Shown here in pieces: positions 1 through 8,081 of a stretch of 61,892 bases of DNA. The notes below the pieces were generated by a model. It saw only the letters and a program-made list of their open reading frames with translations, searched no databases and was not told where the DNA came from. The DNA lies in the IMG/VR virus record IMGVR_UViG_3300033741_000103, positions 1 to 61,892 of that record; one strand, given 5' to 3'. A program made the position numbers and the translations under genes. This stretch comes from a virus (Duplodnaviria > Caudoviricetes). The first letter of the stretch is position 1, and the number at the start of each line of letters is the position of its first letter.

Positions 1-171
1 GCCTGATTGCCGGATCCGCTCACCGTCGGCGTGCAGGAGGGATAAGATCGCCTCTGGCTCGCCGGTTGGGTAGAAATCCCGCTCGACGCGCGTTTGATTA
101 ACCGGTGCGCGCTGCAGGGGCAGATCTTGAAAGGCGATCGCCTGTCGATCATCCGAAAGGTCTTTGGACAT
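1..171 (-). CDS. N-terminal part of an amino-(adenine-type) DNA methyltransferase spanning the circular junction
   Basis: ATG at 171 overlaps the upstream TGA. Reads MSKDLSDD...RDFYPTGEPEAIL and continues in frame into 61766-61283 (WEPACGRG...NPPY). Confidence 0.85.
   Translation of the reverse strand, partial: MSKDLSDDRQAIAFQDLPLQRAPVNQTRVERDFYPTGEPEAILSLLHADGERIRQSG
2..127. repeat. Terminal direct repeat, left copy (circular assembly overlap)
   Basis: Bases 2-127 are identical to 61767-61892; base 1 (g) differs from 61766 (c). Confidence 0.95.
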
Positions 172-647
172 CAGATCCGCTCCTCGACCAGACGCAGCGG
201 GGCTTTGCCCTTTGCGAAACGCTCGACCGCAATCTCAGCAACGCGGATCACGCCAAGTTCCTTGCGGGCCAGACCCTCGATGTCGCCCGGCAGTGGTTTG
301 CTGCGGTGCATGTCGTTCTTTGAACAGATCCACCACTGGCAGGATTTCTGGATCGCCCAAGCCGGTAAGCCTTGCAGGCACTCGACCCAGTCATCAATCA
401 CGGCCTCCACGACATGCGCCGGGAGTGACGAGACGTAATAATGGCTCAGAAGGGCCGTCACCCGCCCCGCTATCCATTGCAGTTTCGCCGGTTCCGTCAG
501 GCTTGCCATGTCCTTCTTGATTTTGACGATCTCGGTCTGCCCATTTATTGATCGATCCATCAGTTCCAGCATTGAAGCCTGAATGTGGGTCGCCCCTTCG
601 ACTGACAGAACCAGCGGCGGCATTTGGTTTGTGATCTCGGTTGTCAT
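171..647 (-). CDS. Hypothetical protein, possible helicase-loader/P-like replication protein
   Basis: Lies directly after the initiator; DWVECLQGLPAWAIQKSC segment. Start uncertain (could be 510). Confidence 0.55.
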   Translation of the reverse strand: MTTEITNQMPPLVLSVEGATHIQASMLELMDRSINGQTEIVKIKKDMASLTEPAKLQWIAGRVTALLSHYYVSSLPAHVVEAVIDDWVECLQGLPAWAIQKSCQWWICSKNDMHRSKPLPGDIEGLARKELGVIRVAEIAVERFAKGKAPLRLVEERI

Positions 648-1404
648 AATTTCCCTCCATAACCTTCGTAAAATTGCCAGCTGTTACCAGCCAGTCAAAC
701 GCAAACGCTGTCCAAGGATCCCGCGACCGGCCGCGCAGGAAGTCGCTGGCAAATGCTTTGCGCAGAACGGCCTCCCATCCCGGCAGGCCATCGCAATCCT
801 TGAGACGGGCCTTGAGCTTTTTGGATCTGGCTGCACTCAATTTCTGGACCTTGGGCCACCCTGCCTTTTCTGCGGCGGCGTTGTAGCGGCTGACGGCGTA
901 CTCAAGATCCGATGAAACTGGTGTTTGTGGCGGCGTGGCTTTGGAAGCTACGTCAGTAGCTTCTTTCTCTTTTATTACATCTGGTATTAAACCCTTATTA
1001 GGTTTGTCCCGCTGCTGTCCCACTGCTGTCCCGCTGCTGTCCCGCTTTATTTTTTTAGCTGTCCCATCAAACTCAGGGACGCTCTGATAATCATCGTATT
1101 TACAGACGGTTATGACGTTGATCCCTGTCCCGCTTTCGATGTCTATCATGTCCCGCTTTTTGAGACGTTTCAAAAACCTATCTACTTTGGATTTTGACCA
1201 GTCCCACGCTTCGCACATGAAACGGACGGAACAGGCAAGCTGACCGCGCTCAGTATCGACCCATATTTTGCCAACGGGTTTGGCTCTGGGCTTGTAGGAT
1301 GCTTCCATAATCATCCAGATGAACGCCTCGCGCTCACTGAACGTCTCTGGCTTGAACGCTTTATCGTCCCAGATCCTGCGCGATATATTTACCGTCCCGC
1401 TCAT
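394..1404 (-). CDS. Phage replication initiator (lambda O / replisome-organiser-like)
   Basis: N-terminal ISRRIWD...SEREAFIWMI...RGQLACSVRFMCEAWDWS wHTH-like region, C-terminal FDWL...KVMEGNY motif, internal iterons, next to DnaB. Confidence 0.8.
   Translation of the reverse strand: MSGTVNISRRIWDDKAFKPETFSEREAFIWMIMEASYKPRAKPVGKIWVDTERGQLACSVRFMCEAWDWSKSKVDRFLKRLKKRDMIDIESGTGINVITVCKYDDYQSVPEFDGTAKKIKRDSSGTAVGQQRDKPNKGLIPDVIKEKEATDVASKATPPQTPVSSDLEYAVSRYNAAAEKAGWPKVQKLSAARSKKLKARLKDCDGLPGWEAVLRKAFASDFLRGRSRDPWTAFAFDWLVTAGNFTKVMEGNYDNRDHKPNAAAGSVSRRGDPHSGFNAGTDGSINKWADRDRQNQEGHGKPDGTGETAMDSGAGDGPSEPLLRLVTPGACRGGRD
1005..1154. repeat. Iteron array (TGTCCC[G/A]CT-like), probable replication origin
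   Basis: TGTCCC at 1005, 1016, 1027, 1038, 1060, 1126 and 1149 inside the initiator gene, next to an AT-rich tract at about 960-1000. Confidence 0.75.
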
Positions 1405-1481
1405 AAATCCCCCATCGTCGGCAGATGGTGCCAGAAGTGTTGAGAAAAGGTCTTGTGGTATGAATTTCGGCTAATGCTCAC
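1401..1481 (-). CDS. Putative 26-aa leader peptide coupled to the initiator
   Basis: GTG at 1481 with AGGGGA RBS upstream; its TGA overlaps the initiator ATG (ATGA). Confidence 0.5.
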   Translation of the reverse strand: MSISRNSYHKTFSQHFWHHLPTMGDL

Positions 1482-1627
1482 TTAAAATCCCCTATTGAGC
1501 CGGGGTCGATGACAGGATATATATTCCGCATCGACGCAGCTGGTTGCGTCACAGGGCTGGGTGTAGAGCTCGTTACTCTCCCCAGCCCGACCTTCCTCGC
1601 ATAGAGCCAATTCCCGATCAAGGTCAT
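1478..1627 (-). CDS. Putative 49-aa coupling ORF between dnaB and the leader peptide
   Basis: ATG overlaps the dnaB stop (ATGA); its TGA overlaps the leader GTG (GTGA). Confidence 0.35.
   Translation of the reverse strand: MTLIGNWLYARKVGLGRVTSSTPSPVTQPAASMRNIYPVIDPGSIGDFK
1495..1523 (+). promoter_or_regulatory. Sigma70-like promoter antisense to the replication operon
   Basis: TTGAGC-17 nt-TATATA. Confidence 0.6.
1530..1597 (+). ncRNA. Predicted counter-transcribed antisense RNA with two hairpins
   Basis: Follows the promoter; hairpins GACGCA/TGCGTC (1533-1550) and GGGCTGGG/CCCAGCCC (1554-1588). Confidence 0.45.
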
Positions 1628-3066
1628 ATCAGGTGGTCGTCTTGGTAGGATCGATCCTGCGTGACGTGGCACAGACCCGGCTCGATATAGGCCCGGACAG
1701 TGCCGGTCGCGCCAGATCTCTGCTTTGCCACAATCAGATCGATGTTGTTCTTGCAGCGTTCCATCGCATAGCGAAGGTCGGCTTCTGCTTCGACATCACT
1801 GCCGTTCTGCGCGTCAATCTGACGCTGCAGGTAATAGGCTTCCCGGTAGGTGAACACGACGACGTCAGCATCCTCCTCGAGCTTACCAGTGTCGCGCAGG
1901 TCGCTGAGCATGGGTGTCTGGACATCCCGGCTCTCGACGGCCCGGCTCAGCTGCGCAAGGGCCACGACAGGCACCCCGAGATCCATCGCAAGATCCTTGC
2001 AGAGATCAGAGGCGGCTGATGCCTTGTCATAGCCGTTGGTGGCCTTCTTGCTTTCGATCTTCTGGACGTAATCGATCACGACCAGACCGAGAGGTGTATC
2101 AGTGTCCTCCAGCTGCTGCCGCGCACGGCGTACCGCGGATCTCAGGCGGGAGGCTTCGCGCACGTCTCGCTCCCCGACAAAGAGGGGCAGGGATTTCTGC
2201 CGGTCGGCCTCGCCCGCGACGTGGCGCATCTCATCCTCGGACAGCTGGCCTTTGATCATCCGGCTGTAGGGGATGTTGATGCCGTTTGCCGCCAGACCCT
2301 TGGAAATGAAGCGGGTGCCAAGTTCTTCGCCGGTCATCTCAAGGCTGCCGAAGAACACGCCGACCTTACTCATGGCCGCTGCAAAGGCGATATTCTGGGC
2401 AACGGACGTCTTGCCCATCGATGGACGGCCGGCAAGCAAGATCATGTTGCCCGGTCGCATGAACCCCAGCACGTTATCAAGCTGCGCCAGACCCGTTGAA
2501 ACGCCCGGCTCGACCACGCCCATATAGGCGTCATTGATGCGCGTCAGGGCACCCATCATCGAGGACAGGTGCGTGCGGATCAGGGGCTTGATGCTGGACT
2601 TGCTCATAATGGCGCCAGCGGAGGTTTCGACAGATCCGGCAATCACCGTGGCCGGTTCCTTGCCATCCGATATGCGCAAGGTTGCATCCTGAAACTGCTC
2701 AAGCAAAGAGCGCTTGGCAGAGAGGTCGACCACCATTTCGGCATAGTCGCGGATCGCAAAGCTGGACACCGCCGCACCGGACAGGTTGACCAGATAAGTC
2801 GGCCCGCCAAGCTCGGCGAGGTTTTCATCGGCCGCGACGGCCGGTTTCAACGTCACTGGCGACGCAATCATGCCATTGTCCACGCGGTCGCGGATCAGAC
2901 CATAGATCATGCCGTGCACAGGATCATAGAACGCCTCGACATCGAGGACGTCAGACACCTTGTCGATCAGATCATTGTTGTTGAGAAGTGCGCCGAGTAT
3001 TTGCTGTTCAGCCTCGGTCGAGTGTGGCGGCTCGATGGTGGCGCTAGGATTGAACGTCCTTGCCAT
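1624..3066 (-). CDS. dnaB: Replicative DNA helicase DnaB
   Basis: PPHSTEAEQQILG, Walker A GRPSMGKT, VIDYVQ, AQLSRAVE, SDLRDTGKLEEDAD, AKQRSG. Confidence 0.95.
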   Translation of the reverse strand: MARTFNPSATIEPPHSTEAEQQILGALLNNNDLIDKVSDVLDVEAFYDPVHGMIYGLIRDRVDNGMIASPVTLKPAVAADENLAELGGPTYLVNLSGAAVSSFAIRDYAEMVVDLSAKRSLLEQFQDATLRISDGKEPATVIAGSVETSAGAIMSKSSIKPLIRTHLSSMMGALTRINDAYMGVVEPGVSTGLAQLDNVLGFMRPGNMILLAGRPSMGKTSVAQNIAFAAAMSKVGVFFGSLEMTGEELGTRFISKGLAANGINIPYSRMIKGQLSEDEMRHVAGEADRQKSLPLFVGERDVREASRLRSAVRRARQQLEDTDTPLGLVVIDYVQKIESKKATNGYDKASAASDLCKDLAMDLGVPVVALAQLSRAVESRDVQTPMLSDLRDTGKLEEDADVVVFTYREAYYLQRQIDAQNGSDVEAEADLRYAMERCKNNIDLIVAKQRSGATGTVRAYIEPGLCHVTQDRSYQDDHLI

Positions 3067-3565
3067 TAAATAGATCCCCTGAAATTGATGAGTGTCCGAC
3101 AAGTCTCGCTCGGGCGAGATCCCAAGCTGCGGCGGCGTCGGCTTCGTTGTCGTTGGCTATGGCCCATCCAAGGCGCTTGCAACGATTGATCGTCTCACCC
3201 TTGGCGGCATCGCGCTTGAGATTGCCACGGCCAATGAAATGCTTTCGGATGGTCTGAACCGGATATTCCCTAAATTTGATGTGGTGAAAATGACAGGTGG
3301 CATAGACGCAGGCCCGAAGTCCCATTGCCAGTTGCACCCGGCTCGCTGCGCCGGGGGCACCGGAGGCAATCGCCTGTTCGACAATGATGAAATCTGGCTT
3401 GTGTTCGAGGATCAGGCGCTTGGTCATCACTAGGGCTTGTGCAAAACGGGCACCGTGACTGGCCCCGGTATCACCCAACTGCTCACTGCTGCAAATGGGG
3501 CGACTACTGGAGTCGCCAACGGCGACCCCAGTGTTGCTTGCAAGATCAAATGCCAGAAGGATCAT
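3044..3565 (-). CDS. RuvC-like Holliday junction resolvase
   Basis: ILLAFDLASNTGVA, IIVEQ, NDNEADA motifs. Confidence 0.75.
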   Translation of the reverse strand: MILLAFDLASNTGVAVGDSSSRPICSSEQLGDTGASHGARFAQALVMTKRLILEHKPDFIIVEQAIASGAPGAASRVQLAMGLRACVYATCHFHHIKFREYPVQTIRKHFIGRGNLKRDAAKGETINRCKRLGWAIANDNEADAAAAWDLARARLVGHSSISGDLFNGKDVQS

Positions 3566-3888
3566 TCAGGCGGGGCAGTGCTTGGATCTGGGATCAAATC
3601 GTGCATCTCATCCCGCCATTTATGTTCCACCATTGCGTCGAACATCGGCTCGAACGTGCGCAGGAAATCGGCGCGGGCTGTCTCTGACTTGTTCTCGATC
3701 GCGCGGATCACGCCAAGGGCCGCGTTGTTGTAGCCCTTTTCGTCCAAGATGCCTTTGATGCGTGATCGCAGAGATCCAGTCGCCTCAGAAACGACCCGTT
3801 GCTTGTTCGAGAGTTCGTCCAGAAATGATTTCAATTCTGGGTAGTCAACTTCGATGGATGAGTTATCGCCCATTGTTGGTTCCTTCAT
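3562..3888 (-). CDS. GapR/DUF2312-like DNA-binding protein (distant)
   Basis: MGDNS...LKSFLDEL...KGYNNAALGVIRAI pattern and size. Confidence 0.5.
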   Translation of the reverse strand: MKEPTMGDNSSIEVDYPELKSFLDELSNKQRVVSEATGSLRSRIKGILDEKGYNNAALGVIRAIENKSETARADFLRTFEPMFDAMVEHKWRDEMHDLIPDPSTAPPE

Positions 3889-4148
3889 GTTTCGCCACCG
3901 TCTGTGGCCTTGGTGGTGGGTTGAGCGGATTTGCTCGGCTCAGACCCTGTGTCCTCCTCAGTCTCGAAGTAGGATTCCATCGGCACGGCGCCGTCACTCA
4001 CAGTCTTGATCTTATAGGCCAAGGTGAGAGAGGGCAGGCGGATCCCGCGAGAGATTTCAGATAGATAATTCTCGCTGGTTTCCACGCGCTTAGAAAAACT
4101 ACGCAGAGATTGGTCGGTCGATCGCAGATATTTTTTCAATACAGACAT
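3885..4148 (-). CDS. XRE/Cro-like HTH transcriptional regulator
   Basis: SLRSFSKRVETSENYLSEISRGIRLPS HTH; first gene of a divergent operon. Confidence 0.85.
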   Translation of the reverse strand: MSVLKKYLRSTDQSLRSFSKRVETSENYLSEISRGIRLPSLTLAYKIKTVSDGAVPMESYFETEEDTGSEPSKSAQPTTKATDGGET

Positions 4149-4305
4149 CCGATCCGTATCGCATACGGCGATAAGTGCGGCAATCTAAAATCGCAGGCCG
4201 CGACAGAAAACACGCTCGCAACGATATTTATTGCGGTTCGTTATTGACGAATACTCGCAACAGGCGATAGGAGTGTTCTACATATACACCGCAAAGGAAG
4301 CCGCC
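4149..4305. promoter_or_regulatory. Divergent control region with three TCGC-N5-GCGA operators
   Basis: Operators at 4159-4171, 4191-4203 and 4255-4267; TTGACG at 4244. Confidence 0.75.
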
Positions 4306-5283
4306 ATGATTACACAAGACAATATGCAAATTCGCGAATTGGGTCCGAAGGATCTGATCACAGAAAACGGGTTCTATCGTCTCTCGATGGACCGCCACCA
4401 CAACCAGCCCTGCGACGGTATAAGTGTGACCAGCTCAGTGCTGAGGACGCTCGAGCTTGGGACGCCGTCAGATGTCTGGTCGTTCCATGCCTTGAATGAG
4501 GATCGCATGGAAAAAGATCAAACCGAGGCGATGAGGATGGGCCGCGCGATCGCGTCCTTCATCGAAGGCGGTCCAGAGGAGCTGGAAAAGCATTTTTATG
4601 TGCTGCCAGCTAACAAGCCAAACAAACCGACTGAGGCGCAGCGCAATGCCTATCTGAAAGGCGCCGGCACAGAAGCCGGGATCCGGTCGATTGAGTTTTG
4701 GGCGAAGGTCGACGCGGATCCTCGGGACGTCATCACGGAGTCGAGCTGGGAGCTTATCTGCAATATGGGTAAGGCGCTGATGAAGGATCCAGCTGCAGCG
4801 GCCGCGCTTGGCGGCGAGCCGGAAATAACGATGGCGTGGTTCGATGAGCGCTCAGGGCTTTGGTGCCTCGCGCGGCCCGACCAAGTCCAGTTCACCGGCA
4901 TGGTGTCGGATTACAAAAAGATCAGCACGCAGGGCGCGTATATGTCTGGGTCGATGTGCGATCGTAAGATCACGCAATACGGCTACCACGCGCAAATGGC
5001 TTTTGCCTGCGAGGGGTTTCAGGTGCTGACCGGCGAGTGGCCGGAACAGGTCGGTCTGATCTTTCAGATGGATAGCAAGCCGTATCATTCCATCCTGCGC
5101 GGGATCGATGAGGAATCGCTGAGCATTGGGATGTTCCAGAACGACCGCGCGCGCATGCGCTTCCGGGAGTGCCTGAACAGTGAAAACTGGCCGGGGCCGG
5201 GGGAGCATATCGCGAATTATCACATGCCTGAGTGGCTGCACGAAAGGCTGACCAAGGAAATGCAGGAAGGTAGTGCGACATGA
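4306..5283 (+). CDS. RecE/exonuclease VIII-like PD-(D/E)XK nuclease (DUF3799-like)
   Basis: CLARPD, SDYKK, YGYHAQMAF motifs; directly upstream of RecT; AAAGGA RBS. Confidence 0.85.
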   Translation: MITQDNMQIRELGPKDLITENGFYRLSMDRHHNQPCDGISVTSSVLRTLELGTPSDVWSFHALNEDRMEKDQTEAMRMGRAIASFIEGGPEELEKHFYVLPANKPNKPTEAQRNAYLKGAGTEAGIRSIEFWAKVDADPRDVITESSWELICNMGKALMKDPAAAAALGGEPEITMAWFDERSGLWCLARPDQVQFTGMVSDYKKISTQGAYMSGSMCDRKITQYGYHAQMAFACEGFQVLTGEWPEQVGLIFQMDSKPYHSILRGIDEESLSIGMFQNDRARMRFRECLNSENWPGPGEHIANYHMPEWLHERLTKEMQEGSAT

Positions 5284-6308
5284 GCGAGATCACGATGAAA
5301 AAGGAAGATGAAATTCAGCCTCGGAAAACCGGGGATGACGTGCCGGATCTGTTCACCGTCGACCCGGCGCTGGGCCAGTATCAGTTCGGGGATCTGGCGA
5401 AGTATGTCGAGTTTTCAAAGCTCATGTGTCAGGCGGGTGAAATGCTGCCGAAGCACGCGCAGAAGAACCCGGCCATCTGTCTCGCGCTGACGATGCGCGC
5501 CGTCCATTGGGGGTTTGATCCGTTCGCCCTCGCGCTCGAGAGCTATCAGGCCGGGGGCAGTGGGCCGGTCGGCTACATGGCAAAGGTGTTTACGGCGGTC
5601 ATTCGGAAAGCCGGGATCACGCTGAATTATCGTTACGAGGGCGAGCTGATCATCCTCGATAAGCCGGTCAAATCCTATAAGGGCAATGAGGTCGCCAAGC
5701 GCACGGCCACCGGCAATCGGAAGTGCATCGCCTATGCTGAAATTGGCGGGCATTTGCTGGAATATGAAACGCCGGAGCTAGACCAGATCACCATCAAGAA
5801 CAGCCCGCTATGGCACAATGATCCAAATCAGCAGCTGGCCTATTACGCCGGGCGCGGCTGGGCGCGCAGGCATCGCTCGGATCTGATGATGGGCGCATAT
5901 AGTCAGGATGAAATTCAGGACATGCGCGCCATGCGTGACGTGACACCGAAACCATCCGGCTTTGCCCAACTCGGCGACAATGCCCGAAATAAAGCCGCCT
6001 CAGCGCCGAAAGAGGAGGATGCCATACCATCCACCCAGAAAGAGACGAAAGACGAGCCCACGGACGACACAGCCGACGACGCGGCTATCGAGGGGGATCT
6101 GATTAAGGACGACGTTGCCGAGGATCAGCCTGAAACCGAGATCGATCCGACCAGCCCGGCTTTTGGGATGGGAGCTGAGGCGGCGGGCGAGGACTTTATC
6201 GGCCGCGATCAAGGGCCGTTCAAGGCCAATGAGGAATCTGACGTTGAGCACGCCAACTGGCTGGCAGGGTTCGATAGCATCGAGAGGAAAACCGATGGCG
6301 GAGAATAG
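5280..6308 (+). CDS. recT: RecT-family single-strand annealing protein
   Basis: NPAICLA...WGFDPFA, NSPLWHNDPNQQLAY, MGAYSQDE; acidic tail. Confidence 0.8.
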   Translation: MSEITMKKEDEIQPRKTGDDVPDLFTVDPALGQYQFGDLAKYVEFSKLMCQAGEMLPKHAQKNPAICLALTMRAVHWGFDPFALALESYQAGGSGPVGYMAKVFTAVIRKAGITLNYRYEGELIILDKPVKSYKGNEVAKRTATGNRKCIAYAEIGGHLLEYETPELDQITIKNSPLWHNDPNQQLAYYAGRGWARRHRSDLMMGAYSQDEIQDMRAMRDVTPKPSGFAQLGDNARNKAASAPKEEDAIPSTQKETKDEPTDDTADDAAIEGDLIKDDVAEDQPETEIDPTSPAFGMGAEAAGEDFIGRDQGPFKANEESDVEHANWLAGFDSIERKTDGGE

Positions 6309-7065
6309 TGGCATCGAGTGGACAGACCACACTTTCAATCCATGGATCGGTTGCACGAAGGTCAGCGCGGCCTGTGATTTCTGCTACGCCGAGGCGTGGG
6401 ATAAGCGCGGGCTGCAGGGCGGCCCGTCACGCTGGGGGCCAAAGGCCGATCGCACGCGCACAAAGACGTGGGGCAATCCTATCCGCTGGCAGAATAAAGC
6501 CAAGGCTGAGGGTAAGCGTTACCGCGTGTTCTGCGCCTCGCTGGCCGACGTGTTCGATAACCATAAGTCGATCCTGCCAGCGTGGCGCAAAGAGCTTTGG
6601 GCGTTGATCCGTCAATGTCCCGATTTGGACTTCCTGATGCTCACGAAGCGGCCTCAGAATATCACGCGCTACCTGCCAGATGATTGGGGCGACGGCTATC
6701 CCAACGTCTGGCTTGGCGCGACCGTCGAGAGCCAGAAAGAGGCCGATAGATTGGCAGCGTTGGTCGAGGTTCCGGCCGTCGTTCATTTCCTGTCGATGGA
6801 GCCGTTGATGGGGTCGGTGGATCTGGGAGCGCATATCGCTGGTCTGGAGTGGGTCATTACGGGCGGCGAGAACGGCAAGTATTATCGGCCGGTGGATCCA
6901 GACTGGTTTCGCACGCTGCGCGACCAATGCGCCGCAGCTGGCGTGCCGTTCCTGTTCAAGCAGTGGGAAGGCGCATCGCAGAAGATCATCAAAGCAAAAG
7001 GCCGAGAGTTAGACGGGGTCATCCATGATGGGTACCCAGTCGGCGCGGCCTTTCAGGGAGGGTAG
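6295..7065 (+). CDS. Phage Gp37/Gp68 family protein (DUF5131, radical-SAM-like)
   Basis: IEWTDHTFNPWIGCTKVSAACDFCYAE, LTKRP, SMEPL, WVITGGE, FLFKQW. Confidence 0.9.
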   Translation: MAENSGIEWTDHTFNPWIGCTKVSAACDFCYAEAWDKRGLQGGPSRWGPKADRTRTKTWGNPIRWQNKAKAEGKRYRVFCASLADVFDNHKSILPAWRKELWALIRQCPDLDFLMLTKRPQNITRYLPDDWGDGYPNVWLGATVESQKEADRLAALVEVPAVVHFLSMEPLMGSVDLGAHIAGLEWVITGGENGKYYRPVDPDWFRTLRDQCAAAGVPFLFKQWEGASQKIIKAKGRELDGVIHDGYPVGAAFQGG

Positions 7066-7069
7066 ATCG

Positions 7070-7408
7070 ATGACGCCTAAGCAAAAGAAAATGTATGACG
7101 CGATCTGCACTTTCATGGCCGATAAAGGCTATTCGCCGAGCTACCGCGAGCTGGCCGACATGCTGGACATACGATCCACGTCGCAGATCCATAATGCGCT
7201 TGGCCGGATGGAAAAGCAGGGCTTGATCACGCGCACGCGGGGTCAGTCCAGATCGATCGAGCTGGTCGCCGCCTCGCCGCACAGGATCAAAGACATCCTG
7301 CAGGAGATGAAAGACACGCTGCGCTTATATGATCGATTGAAGCTGTCGCCGGCCGTGACAGTGGCAAAGCTCAGGAATGTCATTCCAGACATCGAGGCAG
7401 AGTTATGA
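7070..7408 (+). CDS. LexA-type DNA-binding domain protein (no peptidase domain)
   Basis: MTPKQ...GYSPSYRELA...LEKQGLI-like segment...RSIEL. Confidence 0.85.
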   Translation: MTPKQKKMYDAICTFMADKGYSPSYRELADMLDIRSTSQIHNALGRMEKQGLITRTRGQSRSIELVAASPHRIKDILQEMKDTLRLYDRLKLSPAVTVAKLRNVIPDIEAEL

Positions 7409-7809
7409 GCCATTATTCACCGCACCTCTTGCCGAAGGTGAGATCCGACGTGCTCATGCAGGCCATTGGCGGCAACCTTCCGAAAAAGCTCAGCGGCCCG
7501 CATTATCCCTGCACGCTGCGGATTGCCGGGCTGATACCGGGGCATCGCTGCGCATCCCCTGATACCGTCGTTGGCTGCCATCTCGGCAATCTGGGAAAGG
7601 GCATGAGCACGAAGGTTTCGGATCTGAATGTCGGCGCCGGGTGCAAAGCGTGCCATGATCTTATCGATATGGTCGATAAGCGTTGGTTCAAGCTGATGGA
7701 GGATCATGGCGTCACGGTCCTGAACCGCATCATTTCCAGCATCCAAGAGACGCAGGCTATGTTGATCCGCGACGGCATCATCAAAGTGAAAGGTGGCACG
7801 ATCATATGA
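7405..7809 (+). CDS. DUF1364/YbcO-like Zn-binding nuclease-domain protein
   Basis: CTLRI...TVVGCH...KGMSTKVSDL...GCKACHD. Confidence 0.7.
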   Translation: MSHYSPHLLPKVRSDVLMQAIGGNLPKKLSGPHYPCTLRIAGLIPGHRCASPDTVVGCHLGNLGKGMSTKVSDLNVGAGCKACHDLIDMVDKRWFKLMEDHGVTVLNRIISSIQETQAMLIRDGIIKVKGGTII

Positions 7810-8081
7810 GTGAGAAATATCAGCCGACAGAGGCGCAGATTGCCAAGGTGCTCGAGAAATACAAACCGCGGCAGATTGCGATCGCGTATCTGAAAGCCTC
7901 ACGTCGGGCCAGTCAGGCAGAGACAGCTTTCGACCTGATGTCCGACATCAATGATTTCACATTATCCGCAGTAACAGGAGATATAGAAGCAGCGGGAAAA
8001 ACAGTCGAAAAAGTAGCACAACGGTTCGAGCGAGAGCGACGAACCAACACGCAGACAAACGAAAAGGGAAAGACGATATGA
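7806..8081 (+). CDS. Hypothetical protein
   Basis: ATGA overlaps on both sides. Confidence 0.65.
   Translation: MSEKYQPTEAQIAKVLEKYKPRQIAIAYLKASRRASQAETAFDLMSDINDFTLSAVTGDIEAAGKTVEKVAQRFERERRTNTQTNEKGKTI

Noticed and set aside
2-127. Biological terminal repeat or att site
   Set aside because: Length fits an assembler k-mer overlap and it falls mid-gene.
1530-1597. tRNA
   Set aside because: No cloverleaf or T-loop GTTCRA; no tRNA was recognised anywhere by eye (tRNAscan-SE would confirm).
7070-7408. CI/LexA lysogeny repressor
   Set aside because: No S24 peptidase domain and it lies mid-operon.
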